Made by a program: the position numbers and the translations under genes. From contig JBAXOY010000007.1 of assembly GCA_037133055.1 (NCBI GenBank), forward strand, positions 1 through 45,886: a DNA stretch of 45,886 nucleotides, in the 5' to 3' direction. Below, one piece after another: positions 1 through 9,561 of this stretch. This DNA is from Chlamydiota bacterium. GTDB taxonomy: Bacteria > Auribacterota > Tritonobacteria > UBA1439. The notes under the pieces were generated by a model. That model had not been told where the DNA came from and ran no database searches. It worked only from the letters and a program-made list of their open reading frames with translations. Position 1 is the stretch's first letter. Each line of letters starts with the position of its first letter.

Positions 1-1113
1 GTCGCCGCGCTGCAAACCGCCCGCGGCGAGCACACGGCCACGCTGCTGCCGAGCGGCCAAGTGCTGGTCGTGGGCGGCTATGACCGCCACGGCAATGCGC
101 TCGCTGCCGCGGGACTGGCGCTTGTCCTTGTCGCGGCCGCCGCAAACGGCGCCCGTCACTGGCGGATCGGTTTCTATCCGTGGCAGACCGCGTTCTACAA
201 TGTCGCGCGCGAGCTCGGGCCGCGCTTCGGGACAGGGGCGCGCTTCGGGGCGTTCAACGCCGGCATCTACGGCTACTACTCCGCCGCGCCGGTCGTGAAC
301 ATGGACGGGCTCGTGAACAACCGGGCCTTCGACGCGATGAAGAGGGGGACCCTTTTCACCGATTTCATGCGCGAATCCGGGATACGCTTTGTGGCGGATC
401 AGGAGATGATCGTCCGCCAGTTTTGGGGCTTCTTCGGAAAGGGGCCGATGGAATCCGTGCTCAGCCCGGTCGCCTCCTTGGAGACGCCGTGGCGATTCTC
501 GGACGGCACACCTGCCCGCATCGTAGTCTACGAGGTCGTCCCTCCACCCCCGTCACTCGATAGCTCGATAGCTCGATCGCTAAATCTTATACCGCTCCAC
601 TTCCCTCGCAAGGGCGGGAGAAAGCTCGGCCTCGATCAGCACGACGTCGCCCTCGTACTTCTTCGAGAGCACGGAGCCTTCCCGGTGAAGCCGGGAGATC
701 AGCGCCGCTTCGGACTGGGGAACCGCCAGACGGATGGAGATCATCCCGCGGGCGAGTTCCTCCTCGATCGTCTCCCGCAGGTCGCCGCACCCCGTGCCGC
801 GGATCGCCGACACCGCCGCGTGGACGGGGAAGTTGCGCGCGTAGCGCGCCAGTCTCGACTCTTCGACGAGAAGGTCTGTCTTGTTGAAGACCGCGATCGT
901 CGGTTTCCCGCCCGCACCGATTTCCGCAAGGACTCCGCAGACAGCCCGGACCTGTTCTTCCGCCTGCGGGTGCGAGATGTCGATGACGTGGAGCAGGAGG
1001 TCGGCCTGCGCCACCCCCTCGAGGGTCGCCTTGAACGATTCGACGAGGTGGTGCGGGAGCTTGCGGATGAACCCCACCGTGTCCGTGAGGAGCGCCTTTT
1101 TCCCCTTGGGTAG
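1..1113 (+). CDS. 5'-partial ORF: C-terminal part of a GT-C-like (membrane glycosyltransferase-associated) protein. The first ~37 codons are a Kelch-type motif. The meaningful part probably ends near 579.
   Basis: Frame 1 is open from base 1: ARGEHTATLLPSGQVLVVGG (Kelch motif), then a hydrophobic stretch and FNAGIYGYYS...VVNMDGLVN, typical of the extracytoplasmic C-terminus of GT-C-like proteins. Beyond 580 it is antisense to hflX. Confidence 0.45.
   Translation, partial: VAALQTARGEHTATLLPSGQVLVVGGYDRHGNALAAAGLALVLVAAAANGARHWRIGFYPWQTAFYNVARELGPRFGTGARFGAFNAGIYGYYSAAPVVNMDGLVNNRAFDAMKRGTLFTDFMRESGIRFVADQEMIVRQFWGFFGKGPMESVLSPVASLETPWRFSDGTPARIVVYEVVPPPPSLDSSIARSLNLIPLHFPRKGGRKLGLDQHDVALVLLREHGAFPVKPGDQRRFGLGNRQTDGDHPAGEFLLDRLPQVAAPRAADRRHRRVDGEVARVARQSRLFDEKVCLVEDRDRRFPARTDFRKDSADSPDLFFRLRVRDVDDVEQEVGLRHPLEGRLERFDEVVRELADEPHRVREERLFPLG
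556..579 (+). repeat. Octamer tandem repeat (CTCGATAG)2-CTCGATCG at a convergent gene junction
   Basis: Read directly; abuts the hflX stop codon at 580-582. Confidence 0.8.
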
Positions 1114-1863
1114 AATGAGCTCGCGGGTGGTGGGGTCGAGCGTGGCGAAGAGCCTGTCCTCCACCAGGACCCCGGCCGAGGTGAGCGCGTTCATGAGCGT
1201 GGACTTTCCCGCGTTGGTGTACCCGACGAGCGCGACGACCGGGATTTCTTTCTTCCGCCGCTGCTTCCCCTGCGTCGCGCGCTCGCGCCCGACCTCCTCG
1301 ATCTTGTCCGTCAGGCGCTGGATCTTCTCGCGGATGCGGCGCCGGTCCACCTCGAGCTGCTGCTCTCCCGGCCCGCGGGTCCCGATTCCGCCCTCCTGGC
1401 GGGAGAGGTGCGTCCATGCCCGCGTGAGGCGGGGGAGCATGTAGCGGAGCTGGGCGAGCTCGACCTGGATCTTGCCCTCGCGCGAGCGGGCGCGCTGCGC
1501 GAAGATGTCCATGATCAGCTCAGTCCTGTCGATGACGCGGCACCCGGTGAGCTCCTGGAGATTCTTCACCTGGGCGGGGCTGAGCTCGTCGTCGAAGACA
1601 ACGAGTTTTGCCTCTTCCCGCGCGCAGAGCGCGCGCAGCTCGTCCGCCTTGCCCTTGCCGATGTAGTACGCCGGGTTCGGCGCGTGGAGTTTCTGCACGA
1701 GTGTGCCCGCCACCTCGGCCCCGGCCGTCAGCGCCAGTTGGCCGAGCTCGGCGAGGTGGTCCTCGACCTGCCACCGGCGTGTCTCCCCCGTCTCGAGGCC
1801 GACGAGGACGGCGCGCTCGTGGGGCCGCGCCGTCGGGACTGCGCCGCGGTCATGTCCGGTCAT
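580..1863 (-). CDS. hflX: GTPase HflX
   Basis: GYTNAGKST (G1), DRLFATLDPT, DTVGF (G3), NKTD (G4), GTRGPGEQQLEVDRR; downstream of miaA. Confidence 0.97.
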   Translation of the reverse strand: MTGHDRGAVPTARPHERAVLVGLETGETRRWQVEDHLAELGQLALTAGAEVAGTLVQKLHAPNPAYYIGKGKADELRALCAREEAKLVVFDDELSPAQVKNLQELTGCRVIDRTELIMDIFAQRARSREGKIQVELAQLRYMLPRLTRAWTHLSRQEGGIGTRGPGEQQLEVDRRRIREKIQRLTDKIEEVGRERATQGKQRRKKEIPVVALVGYTNAGKSTLMNALTSAGVLVEDRLFATLDPTTRELILPKGKKALLTDTVGFIRKLPHHLVESFKATLEGVAQADLLLHVIDISHPQAEEQVRAVCGVLAEIGAGGKPTIAVFNKTDLLVEESRLARYARNFPVHAAVSAIRGTGCGDLRETIEEELARGMISIRLAVPQSEAALISRLHREGSVLSKKYEGDVVLIEAELSPALAREVERYKI

Positions 1864-2875
1864 AGACTACTCCACAGTGCGATTCCAGGTGCCTGAGCAT
1901 CCGTTCGGCGGTCACCGCGGACGTCTCATCCGGGGCGACGTCGAACCAGAGGATCCTCGGATCCCGGTTGAACCAGGTGCGCTGCCGTTTCGCGTAAGCC
2001 CGCGTCGCCTTCGCGATCATCCGGACCGCCTCATCGAGTCCGTATCTCCCCTCGACGACCCCGAGGATCTCCTTCGTTCCGAGCGACTGCCAGAGGGTGC
2101 CCCGCGCCCCCCCGCAGCGGTCGAGGAGCCACCGGGTCTCCTCGACGGCGCCGCCCGCACGCATCCTCCGCGTTCGATCCTCGATTCTCCGCGCGAGATC
2201 CTCTTTCCCCCGCCGCATCCCGAGGAAGACGCAGCCCCCGCCGAGGTTCCGGCTCAGCCATGGTTCGCCGGGTGCGGGCTTTTCTCCTTCCGATTTCCAC
2301 TCGCGCTGCATCGACGAGATCGTCCGCCCGCTCGTCTCGAACACCTCGATCGCCCGGACGATCCGCCTCCGGTCGTTCGGGTGGATTCTTGCGGCGGCTT
2401 CCGGGTCGACCGCGGCGAGCCGCGCGTGGAGCGCCGCGAGCCCCCCGGCGTCCGCGAGGCGTTCGATACTCTCCCGCAGCGCCGCGTCGCGTCCCTTCCC
2501 CGCGAAGAGCCCGTCGGCGAGCGCGCGTACGTACATCCCCGAACCGCCTGTAACAACGGGCACGCGGCCGCGGGCGCGTATCGCGCCGATCGCTTCCTTC
2601 GCGAGGCCCGCGTAGCGTGCAACGTCGAACCACTCCCCGGGCTCGACCACGTCGAGGAGGTGGTGGGGGACGCGCGCCCGCTGCGCGGAGTCCGGCTTCG
2701 CGGAGAGGATGTCCAGGCCCCGGTAGACCTGCATCGAGTCGGCGGAGACGATCTCGCCCCCGAGCCGCGCGGCGAGTTCCACGGCGACGTCGCTCTTGCC
2801 CGACGCCGTCGCTCCCATCAAAAACAGTAGCACAGGAGGACTCACGGGTTTCTTCGACTTGTGAGGTGCGCGCAA
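1850..2875 (-). CDS. miaA: tRNA dimethylallyltransferase (start uncertain)
   Basis: GATASGKS P-loop, IVSADSMQVY, TGGSGMY, HPNDRRRIVRAIEV, YAKRQRTWF. Confidence 0.96.
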   Translation of the reverse strand: MRAPHKSKKPVSPPVLLFLMGATASGKSDVAVELAARLGGEIVSADSMQVYRGLDILSAKPDSAQRARVPHHLLDVVEPGEWFDVARYAGLAKEAIGAIRARGRVPVVTGGSGMYVRALADGLFAGKGRDAALRESIERLADAGGLAALHARLAAVDPEAAARIHPNDRRRIVRAIEVFETSGRTISSMQREWKSEGEKPAPGEPWLSRNLGGGCVFLGMRRGKEDLARRIEDRTRRMRAGGAVEETRWLLDRCGGARGTLWQSLGTKEILGVVEGRYGLDEAVRMIAKATRAYAKRQRTWFNRDPRILWFDVAPDETSAVTAERMLRHLESHCGVVYDRT

Positions 2876-3046
2876 TGGTTTCGATCAGGGTATCAGACGT
2901 CGCCTGGGGACGCAAGCGGATCACACGGGCCGGCCGAGGAGCCCCACGCGAAAATTCCACACCCCTCGCAAAAACTTCTTGATATTTTGCCGCGGATGGC
3001 GGAGTATAGTGTCCGGTTCGCACCACTTAACCATTGGGGAGGGAGC

Positions 3047-3382
3047 ATGAAGAGATTTGCGATTGCGGTGGCGTTTCTCGCTATCGCCGGCGTCCTCTTT
3101 GCACAGGACGCCCCGAAGGCCGAGAAACCCGAGATTGCCGCCCCGTCAGCGGCGGGCACTGAGGTGAAGGCGGCTCCGGCGCAGGCGGCTCCGGCGGCGG
3201 CAGAGGGCGAGTTCTGCGCGAAGGTGAAAACAGTGGATGGCAAGGAAACATTGGGGAAGTGCCACAAGAAGGGCTGTAAATTTTTCCCGAAAGGCAACCT
3301 CAAGTGCTTCCCCACCGCCGACGCGGCCAAGAGCGCCGGTGCCGCGAGCTTCTGCAAGATGTGCTGCAAGGAGCTTCAGTAG
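3047..3382 (+). CDS. Small secreted protein with an Ala/Pro-rich linker and a C-terminal Cys-rich Ada-metal-binding-like domain
   Basis: GGGAGGGAG RBS before ATG 3047; signal peptide MKRFAIAVAFLAIAGVLFA; C-terminus CHKKGC...NLKCFPTADAAKSAG...CKMC; followed by a terminator. Confidence 0.7.
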   Translation: MKRFAIAVAFLAIAGVLFAQDAPKAEKPEIAAPSAAGTEVKAAPAQAAPAAAEGEFCAKVKTVDGKETLGKCHKKGCKFFPKGNLKCFPTADAAKSAGAASFCKMCCKELQ

Positions 3383-3414
3383 AAGCGCCCACGCTCATCC
3401 CGTTATGTGATCGG

Positions 3415-3453
3415 GATAAAAAATGCCCCTCAGCGATGAGGGGCATTTTTATC
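3415..3453. terminator. Bidirectional intrinsic terminator
   Basis: GATAAAAAATGCCCCTCA-GCGA-TGAGGGGCATTTTTATC hairpin with A and T tracts, between convergent genes. Confidence 0.9.
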
Positions 3454-3480
3454 ACTCCCGCCTTCCTGCGCCATCCGCAG

Positions 3481-5226
3481 TCACGTCCGTTTGAACTTCC
3501 TGTCGAGTTCCGTCGCGCTCATCCGGATGATCGTCGGGCGCCCGTGCGGGCAGGTGAACGGGGTCTCGCAGCTCATCAGGTCGTCCACCAGGCGCCGGAG
3601 TTCCTCGTCCCTTAAATGATCGCGCCGCTTCACGGCGGCACGGCAGACCTTCACGGCGACCGCGGCCGCGACGCCCTCCCGCACCGCCCTGCTCCTCCCC
3701 TCCGCCGCGAGCCCGGCGAGGACGTCGTGCAGGAGCGGTCCCGGGTCGAGAGCGCCGAGGCACGCCGGCATCTGGTCAACTTTAAGCGCGTCCTTCCCGA
3801 ACGGCTCGATGCCGATCCCGAGCGACCGCAGCGCATCCAGGTACTCCCCCGCGAGCGCCCGCTCGTGCGCCGAGAGGTTCACGACGGCCGGGATGAGCAG
3901 CCGCTGGAGCTCCCCCTTCCCCTCCCCGCGGCAGCGCATCACCTTCTCGAAGAGTATCCGCTCGTGCGCGGCGTGCTGGTCGATCACGGCGAGCCCGTCG
4001 GCGTCCTCGCAGATGACGTAGAGGTTCTTCACCTGTCCGACGACCCTGAGGCCGTGCGCCGACCCCGGAGCCGCTTCCCATCCCGGATGCCCGCCCGCCG
4101 CGCCCCCCACCGCGGCATCACCCCCCTTTTCCCACGGGAGCGGCTCCTGTGTTTCCGCGGCGATCGGGGCGCGCTCGACGACCCCCTCCCGCGCGCGCGA
4201 TTCGTAGGTGAACGCCCCCGGCGGCGGCGCCGGGCGCGCAGTCCCGCGGAGGGCTTCCGAGGCCGCGTTCCTCACGAGGTCCCTGACGAGCCCGCCGCTG
4301 CGGAAGCGCACCTCGCGCTTCGCGGGGTGCACGTTGACATCCACCTCGTGCGGCTCGATCTCGAGGAAGACGAACGCGACCGGATGGCGCCGGGCGGGGA
4401 GGACCCCGTCGGAGGCGTCCGCGAGGGCGAACGAGAGTATCCGGTCCTGGACGGGGCGGCCGTTCACAAAGAAATACTGGGCTGTGCGGTTCCCCCGCGT
4501 CACCCCGGGCGAACTGATGAACCCCTCGACGCGAGCGCACCCGCCCGCGCCCGCGAGGGGGATCAGATCCTTCGCGAGCTCCGCCCCGAAGAGCGCCGCG
4601 ATCCTTTCGCGCGGCGAGGCGGCCGGAGGGGCCTCCAGAACCTCCTCACCGTCGGCGACGAGCGTGAAGCCCGTCCCGGGGCGCGCGAGGGCCTCCGCCA
4701 TGAGAGACGCGGCGATGTGGGAATTCTCTGTCGCCTCCGTCTTTAGAAATTTCCGCCGCGCGGGGGTGTTGAAGAACAGATCGCGGACGACGACCTCCGT
4801 CCCGTCCGGCGCCCCGATGTCCCGCGCCTCGCCGACGCGCCCCCCCTCGACAACGAACCGCGTCCCGGAGAGCGCCCCCTTTTCCTTTGTCACGATCTCG
4901 ATCCGGGAGACGGCGGCGATCGAGGGGAGCGCCTCCCCTCGGAACCCCATCGTGCGGATGGAGAAGAGGTCGTCGGCGCCGGAGATCTTGCTGGTCGAGT
5001 GGCGCGCGAGGGCGAGAAGGGCGTCGTCGCGCGCCATGCCGCACCCGTCGTCGCAGACCCGCACGAGCGCTTTCCCCCCGCCGCGGATCTCGACCGTGAC
5101 GTGGGCGGCGCCCGCGTCGAGGGCGTTTTCGACGAGCTCCTTCACCACCGAGGCGGGACGCTCGACCACCTCGCCCGCGGCGATCTTGTTGATCACCGCG
5201 TCGTCGAGCACCCTAATCCGGCCCAT
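3481..5226 (-). CDS. mutL: DNA mismatch repair protein MutL
   Basis: IAAGEVVERPASVVKELVENALDAG, GFRGEAL, DVNVHPAKREV, endonuclease motif DQHAAHERILFE, CPHGRP. Confidence 0.98.
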   Translation of the reverse strand: MGRIRVLDDAVINKIAAGEVVERPASVVKELVENALDAGAAHVTVEIRGGGKALVRVCDDGCGMARDDALLALARHSTSKISGADDLFSIRTMGFRGEALPSIAAVSRIEIVTKEKGALSGTRFVVEGGRVGEARDIGAPDGTEVVVRDLFFNTPARRKFLKTEATENSHIAASLMAEALARPGTGFTLVADGEEVLEAPPAASPRERIAALFGAELAKDLIPLAGAGGCARVEGFISSPGVTRGNRTAQYFFVNGRPVQDRILSFALADASDGVLPARRHPVAFVFLEIEPHEVDVNVHPAKREVRFRSGGLVRDLVRNAASEALRGTARPAPPPGAFTYESRAREGVVERAPIAAETQEPLPWEKGGDAAVGGAAGGHPGWEAAPGSAHGLRVVGQVKNLYVICEDADGLAVIDQHAAHERILFEKVMRCRGEGKGELQRLLIPAVVNLSAHERALAGEYLDALRSLGIGIEPFGKDALKVDQMPACLGALDPGPLLHDVLAGLAAEGRSRAVREGVAAAVAVKVCRAAVKRRDHLRDEELRRLVDDLMSCETPFTCPHGRPTIIRMSATELDRKFKRT

Positions 5227-7825
5227 TGCTCTTCTCCTTCAGCCGTTTCAATATGTTCAGGGCCTCTATCGGCGTTATCCGTTCGAGGTGGAGCTGCCGG
5301 AGTTCGTCCACGACCGGGTTCGGCCTCGTTTCGAAGAGGCTGAGCTGCCGCGGGCCCTCAGGGGCCCCCCGCCCCTCCTCCGGCTTCGGGAGCCGGTCCT
5401 CGCGGATGCACCCCTCCTCGAGGGCGTTCAGGATATCCTTCGCCCGCTCGATCACCTTCCGGGGCAGGCCCGCAAGGCGCGCCACGTGGATCCCGTAGCT
5501 CTTGTCGGTCCCGCCGGGGACGATCTTCCGGAGGAAGATAATCTCGTCGTTCCACTCCTTCACGGCGACGTTGTAGTTTTTCACCCCGGGGAGGTTCATC
5601 TCGAGCTCGGTGAGCTCGTGGTAGTGCGTGGCGAAAAGGGTCCGGGCGCGCACCAACGACGTGTTGTGGAGGTACTCCGCGACGGCCCACGCGATGCTAA
5701 TCCCGTCGAAGGTGCTGGTCCCCCGCCCGATCTCGTCGAGGACGATGAGGCTCTTCTCCGTCGCGTTGTTCAGGATGTTCGCCGTCTCGTTCATCTCGAC
5801 CATGAAGGTGCTCTGCCCGCGCGAGAGCTCGTCGGACGCCCCCACGCGCGTGAAGATCCGGTCCGCCACGCCGATCGTCGCCCGCGCGGCGGGGATGAAG
5901 CTCCCGACCTGCGCCATGAGGGTGAGGAGCGCCACCTGGCGTATGTAGGTCGATTTGCCGGCCATGTTGGGCCCGGTGATGATGAGAAGCTGGTCGGTCT
6001 CCGTGTTGAGGAGGGTGTCGTTCGGCACGAAGCGCTCGTCGGCGAGCGCGAGCTCGAGCACCGGGTGGCGGCCGTCGACGATCTCGATCACGTCGGCGTC
6101 GTTGACCACCGGGCGCGTGTAGCCGTTGCGGCGGGCCGCCGAGGCGAGGGAGTTCAGGGCGTCGAGGAGCGCGATCCCCCGCCCGATCCGCTGGACCCGC
6201 TCCGTCTCCCCGACGACCCGCTCCCGCACCTTTTGGAAGATCGCGTACTCCATCGCGGCGGCTTTCCCCTCGGCGTTGAGGACCTTCTCCTCGTACTCCT
6301 TGAGCTCGGGCGTCACGAACCGCTCCGCGTTCACGAGCGTCTGCTTCCGGATGTAATCCGCCGGCACGGTCCCGAGGTTCGTCTTCGTCACCTCGATATA
6401 GTACCCGAAGACCCTGTTGTAGCCGATTTTCAGGGACCTGATCCCCGTCCGCTCCGCCTCGTGCTTCTGGAGCGCGGCGATCCACTCCTTGCCGCCGCGT
6501 GAGACGGCGCGGACCTCGTCGAGCTCCGCGTCGTAGCCCTCGCGGATGATGCCGCCCTCGCGCACCGTGAGCGGCGCGCTGGGATCGATCGCCTTCCCGA
6601 TGAGCTCCGGGAGGCCGCCCGTGTCGCCGAGGAGGCCCCGGGCTTCCGCGACGAGCCGAGAATGTAAAGGGGCGAGCGCCTCCGCGAGCGCGGGGACGAG
6701 GCCGAGCGATTGCGCGAGGGCGAGGAGGTCCCGGGCGTTCGCGTGCCCGCAGTCGATCCGGCCGATCAACCGCTCCGTGTCCTTGAAATCGGAGAGGAGG
6801 CGCCCGAGGGTTTCCGAGGCGGCGTTCCCGACGAGCTCCTCGACGCCGTCCATGCGGGCCCCTATCTCCTCCGTGTCCACGAGCGGCTGGAGGATCCACC
6901 CCCGGAGGAGCCGCGCGCCCATCGCAGTCGAGGTGCGGTCGAGCACCGAAATGAGCGTCCCCTCGCGCCCGCCGTTCCTGAGGTTCCGGACGAGCTCGAG
7001 GTTCCGCTGCGTCGCGAGGTCGAGCACCATGCGGCGGTCCGTGGAATACGGGGCGAGGCGCGTCACATGGGCGAGCGAGGCGTGCCCGGTGTCCTTCAGG
7101 TACTGCACCACCGCCCCCGCCGCCGAGATTGCGGGGACAAGGCCGGCGCAGCCGAAGCCGTCGAGGGACTGCGTGCGGAGGAGCTCCCGCAGGCGCCGGA
7201 CGGCGCTCTCGTGCTCGAAGAGCCAGTCGTCGCACGGGTTGACGAGCCCGCCCGAGACCCCCCTGAGGCGCCGCATGAAATCCCGGTCTTCGGCGAGCTC
7301 CTTCGGCAGGAGGAACTCGCTCGGCGACAGGCGCCCGATCTCGTTCAAAAGGTCGGCCTCGCGATCGAGCTCCGTCACGAGGAACTCGCCGGTGGACAGG
7401 TCGAGGCAGCAGAGCCCGAACAGCCCCCCCGCGCGGTGGATCGCCGCAAGGTAGTTGTTGCTCCCCTCCCTGAGAAGCCCCTCGTCCAGCGCGGTCCCGG
7501 GCGTGACAATCCTCGTGACCTCGCGCTTCACGAGCCCCTTGGCGAGGCTCGGGTCCTCGACCTGGTCGCAGACGGCCACCTTGTGCCCGGCGCGGATGAG
7601 CCGCGCGATGTACTCCTGCGCCGCGTGGTAGGGGACGCCGCACATCGGGACCTTGTTCCCCTTGCCGCCCTCCCGCGCGGTGAGAGTGATGCCGAGGATG
7701 CGCGAGGCGGTGAGGGCGTCGTCGAAGAACATCTCGTAGAAGTCGCCGAGGCGGAACATGAGGATGGAGGGAGGGGTCTCCCTCTTGATCCTGCGGTACT
7801 GCTGCATCATGGGGGTCAGGGTCAT
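5213..7825 (-). CDS. mutS: DNA mismatch repair protein MutS (start revised to ATG 7825)
   Basis: TPMMQQY, FRLGDFYEMF, GPNMAGKSTY, DEIGRGTST, FATHYHELT. The upstream in-frame extension is only a heptamer repeat. Confidence 0.98.
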   Translation of the reverse strand: MTLTPMMQQYRRIKRETPPSILMFRLGDFYEMFFDDALTASRILGITLTAREGGKGNKVPMCGVPYHAAQEYIARLIRAGHKVAVCDQVEDPSLAKGLVKREVTRIVTPGTALDEGLLREGSNNYLAAIHRAGGLFGLCCLDLSTGEFLVTELDREADLLNEIGRLSPSEFLLPKELAEDRDFMRRLRGVSGGLVNPCDDWLFEHESAVRRLRELLRTQSLDGFGCAGLVPAISAAGAVVQYLKDTGHASLAHVTRLAPYSTDRRMVLDLATQRNLELVRNLRNGGREGTLISVLDRTSTAMGARLLRGWILQPLVDTEEIGARMDGVEELVGNAASETLGRLLSDFKDTERLIGRIDCGHANARDLLALAQSLGLVPALAEALAPLHSRLVAEARGLLGDTGGLPELIGKAIDPSAPLTVREGGIIREGYDAELDEVRAVSRGGKEWIAALQKHEAERTGIRSLKIGYNRVFGYYIEVTKTNLGTVPADYIRKQTLVNAERFVTPELKEYEEKVLNAEGKAAAMEYAIFQKVRERVVGETERVQRIGRGIALLDALNSLASAARRNGYTRPVVNDADVIEIVDGRHPVLELALADERFVPNDTLLNTETDQLLIITGPNMAGKSTYIRQVALLTLMAQVGSFIPAARATIGVADRIFTRVGASDELSRGQSTFMVEMNETANILNNATEKSLIVLDEIGRGTSTFDGISIAWAVAEYLHNTSLVRARTLFATHYHELTELEMNLPGVKNYNVAVKEWNDEIIFLRKIVPGGTDKSYGIHVARLAGLPRKVIERAKDILNALEEGCIREDRLPKPEEGRGAPEGPRQLSLFETRPNPVVDELRQLHLERITPIEALNILKRLKEKSNGPD

Positions 7826-7829
7826 GGAG

Positions 7830-7860
7830 AAATCCCAAATCCCAAATCCCAAATCCCAAA
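7830..7860 (+). repeat. Heptamer tandem repeat (AAATCCC)4
   Basis: AAATCCCAAATCCCAAATCCCAAATCCCAAA immediately upstream of the mutS start. Confidence 0.9.
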
Positions 7861-7880
7861 AAGGGGGAGGAATACGCACT

Positions 7881-8210
7881 TCATGTGTGCCTTTTCCCCC
7901 TGTCTCCGGCCCATGGCTGTGTATCCCCGGGGGAAGTCCCCCCGCGCGATGCCTTCAGCCTCGCCAGCGCATCCTCGGCGTCCCGCGCCCGTTTCCTGAG
8001 CTGCAGCACGTGCGGCAGGATTTCGCAGACGGCGATCAGGACCCCGACCAGGATCGAGATGAAAATGATGATGCTCACGGGCCATCTGCCGATCGTCCAG
8101 AAGAGGAGCTTCACGCGGCATTCCTGCCCGAAGTTCTGGATGGCAAAGATGATGAGCAGGATGCAGAGAACCAAGGCAACGACGAGCTTGACGACGGTCT
8201 TTTCAGGCAT
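7881..8210 (-). CDS. LapA (DUF1049)-family small membrane protein
   Basis: Two hydrophobic helices flanking IFAIQN...V.LLFW, followed by a coiled-coil tail. Confidence 0.75.
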   Translation of the reverse strand: MPEKTVVKLVVALVLCILLIIFAIQNFGQECRVKLLFWTIGRWPVSIIIFISILVGVLIAVCEILPHVLQLRKRARDAEDALARLKASRGGTSPGDTQPWAGDRGKRHT

Positions 8211-9561
8211 GGGCTCCTCCAGCGGCTTCGGCCGCGTCCCCGATCAGGGTGAGCGCGGTAGCCTCGCGAATGGTAACACAGGCGAGCCTCCCGATCAAAT
8301 CAGGGCTCCCGGGGAACGCCGTGCGGCGGTTCGTCCCGGTCCGCCCGAAGAGGCGCCCGGGGTCCCTCGGGCTCACCCCCTCGACGAGCACCTCGACGCG
8401 CGCCCCGACCATCGCGATGTTCTTTTCCGCGTTGATCCTCTCCTGGACGCGGAGGAGCGCGGCGTGCCGCCGGATGATCTCGTCCCCGGGCACCTTGGGG
8501 CCGAGCTCCATCGCCCGCGTCCCCTCGCGGTCGGAGTATTTGAAGATGAACGCGCCGTCGAAGCGTATTTCCTCGAGCGCGCGCAGGGTTTCGCTGAACT
8601 CCTCGCCCGTCTCCCCCGGGAACCCCGCCATGAGATCGGTAGTGAGGGCAAGGCCGGGGATTGCCCCGCGCAGCCGTTCGACAAGGGAGCGGTACTGCGC
8701 AAGGGTGTAGCCCCGGTTCATCAGGGCGAGTATCCGGTCCGACCCGGACTGGAGCGGAAGGTGGAGGTGCGGGCAGACCTGCGGGACCCCCGCCATCGCG
8801 GCGAGGAGCTCGCCGGGGAAATCCTTCGGGTGCGAGGTCATAAACCGGATGCGGAGGATCCCCTCGACCCCGCCAATCTCCCTGAGGAGCCCGGCGAACG
8901 ACACGCCCGAGGCCCGGTAGCTGTTGACGTTCTGGCCGAGGAGCATCAGCTCGCGACAGCCGTCCCGCGCGAGGCCCTCGACCTCCGCGATGATCTCACC
9001 CTCAGGCCGGCTCAGTTCGGGGCCTCGCACGTACGGCACGACGCAGTAGGCGCAGTAGTTCTCGCAACCGCGCATGACCGCGACGAACGCCTTCAGCCGG
9101 TCCTTCCGCTTCCGGGGAAGCCCGGAGGTCCGCGGATCCCTGTCCGTCCCGATGTCGATGACAGGGGCGCGCTGCCCCGACGCCCGATCGACGAGTTCCG
9201 GCAGGCGGTCGAACGCCCGCGTGCCGCAGATGACGCGCACCCAGGGGCACCGCCGGGAGAACTCCTTCGCCCGCGCCTGCGCCATGCACCCGCAGACGGC
9301 GACGATCAATCCCGGTTCGCGGGCGGCGCGGCTTTTCAGGGCGAAGATCTTTCCCCATACCCTGTCCTCGGCGTGCTGCCGGACGGAGCATGTGTTGAGG
9401 ATCACGACGTTCGCCTCGTCCTCCCGGTCCGTGAGGACCCATCCGTCCCGATCGAACAGCCCCGCGACCACCTCGGAGTCGTAGTCGTTCATCTGACATC
9501 CGTAGGTGCGGAGGTGGACCTTCCGGGGTATTTTCCCTGGCTGCCTCATTTCTTCGCTCAT
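8203..9561 (-). CDS. miaB: tRNA-2-methylthio-N6-dimethylallyladenosine synthase MiaB
   Basis: TYGCQMNDYDSE, NTCSVRQHAE, GCMAQ, radical SAM motif CENYCAYCVVP, C-terminal TRAM-like domain. Confidence 0.96.
   Translation of the reverse strand: MSEEMRQPGKIPRKVHLRTYGCQMNDYDSEVVAGLFDRDGWVLTDREDEANVVILNTCSVRQHAEDRVWGKIFALKSRAAREPGLIVAVCGCMAQARAKEFSRRCPWVRVICGTRAFDRLPELVDRASGQRAPVIDIGTDRDPRTSGLPRKRKDRLKAFVAVMRGCENYCAYCVVPYVRGPELSRPEGEIIAEVEGLARDGCRELMLLGQNVNSYRASGVSFAGLLREIGGVEGILRIRFMTSHPKDFPGELLAAMAGVPQVCPHLHLPLQSGSDRILALMNRGYTLAQYRSLVERLRGAIPGLALTTDLMAGFPGETGEEFSETLRALEEIRFDGAFIFKYSDREGTRAMELGPKVPGDEIIRRHAALLRVQERINAEKNIAMVGARVEVLVEGVSPRDPGRLFGRTGTNRRTAFPGSPDLIGRLACVTIREATALTLIGDAAEAAGGAHA

Noticed and set aside
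7826..7879. N-terminal extension of MutS (MRIPPPFWDLGFGIWDFS)
   Set aside because: It is the translation of the AAATCCC heptamer repeat; conserved MutS sequence starts at MTLTPMMQQY
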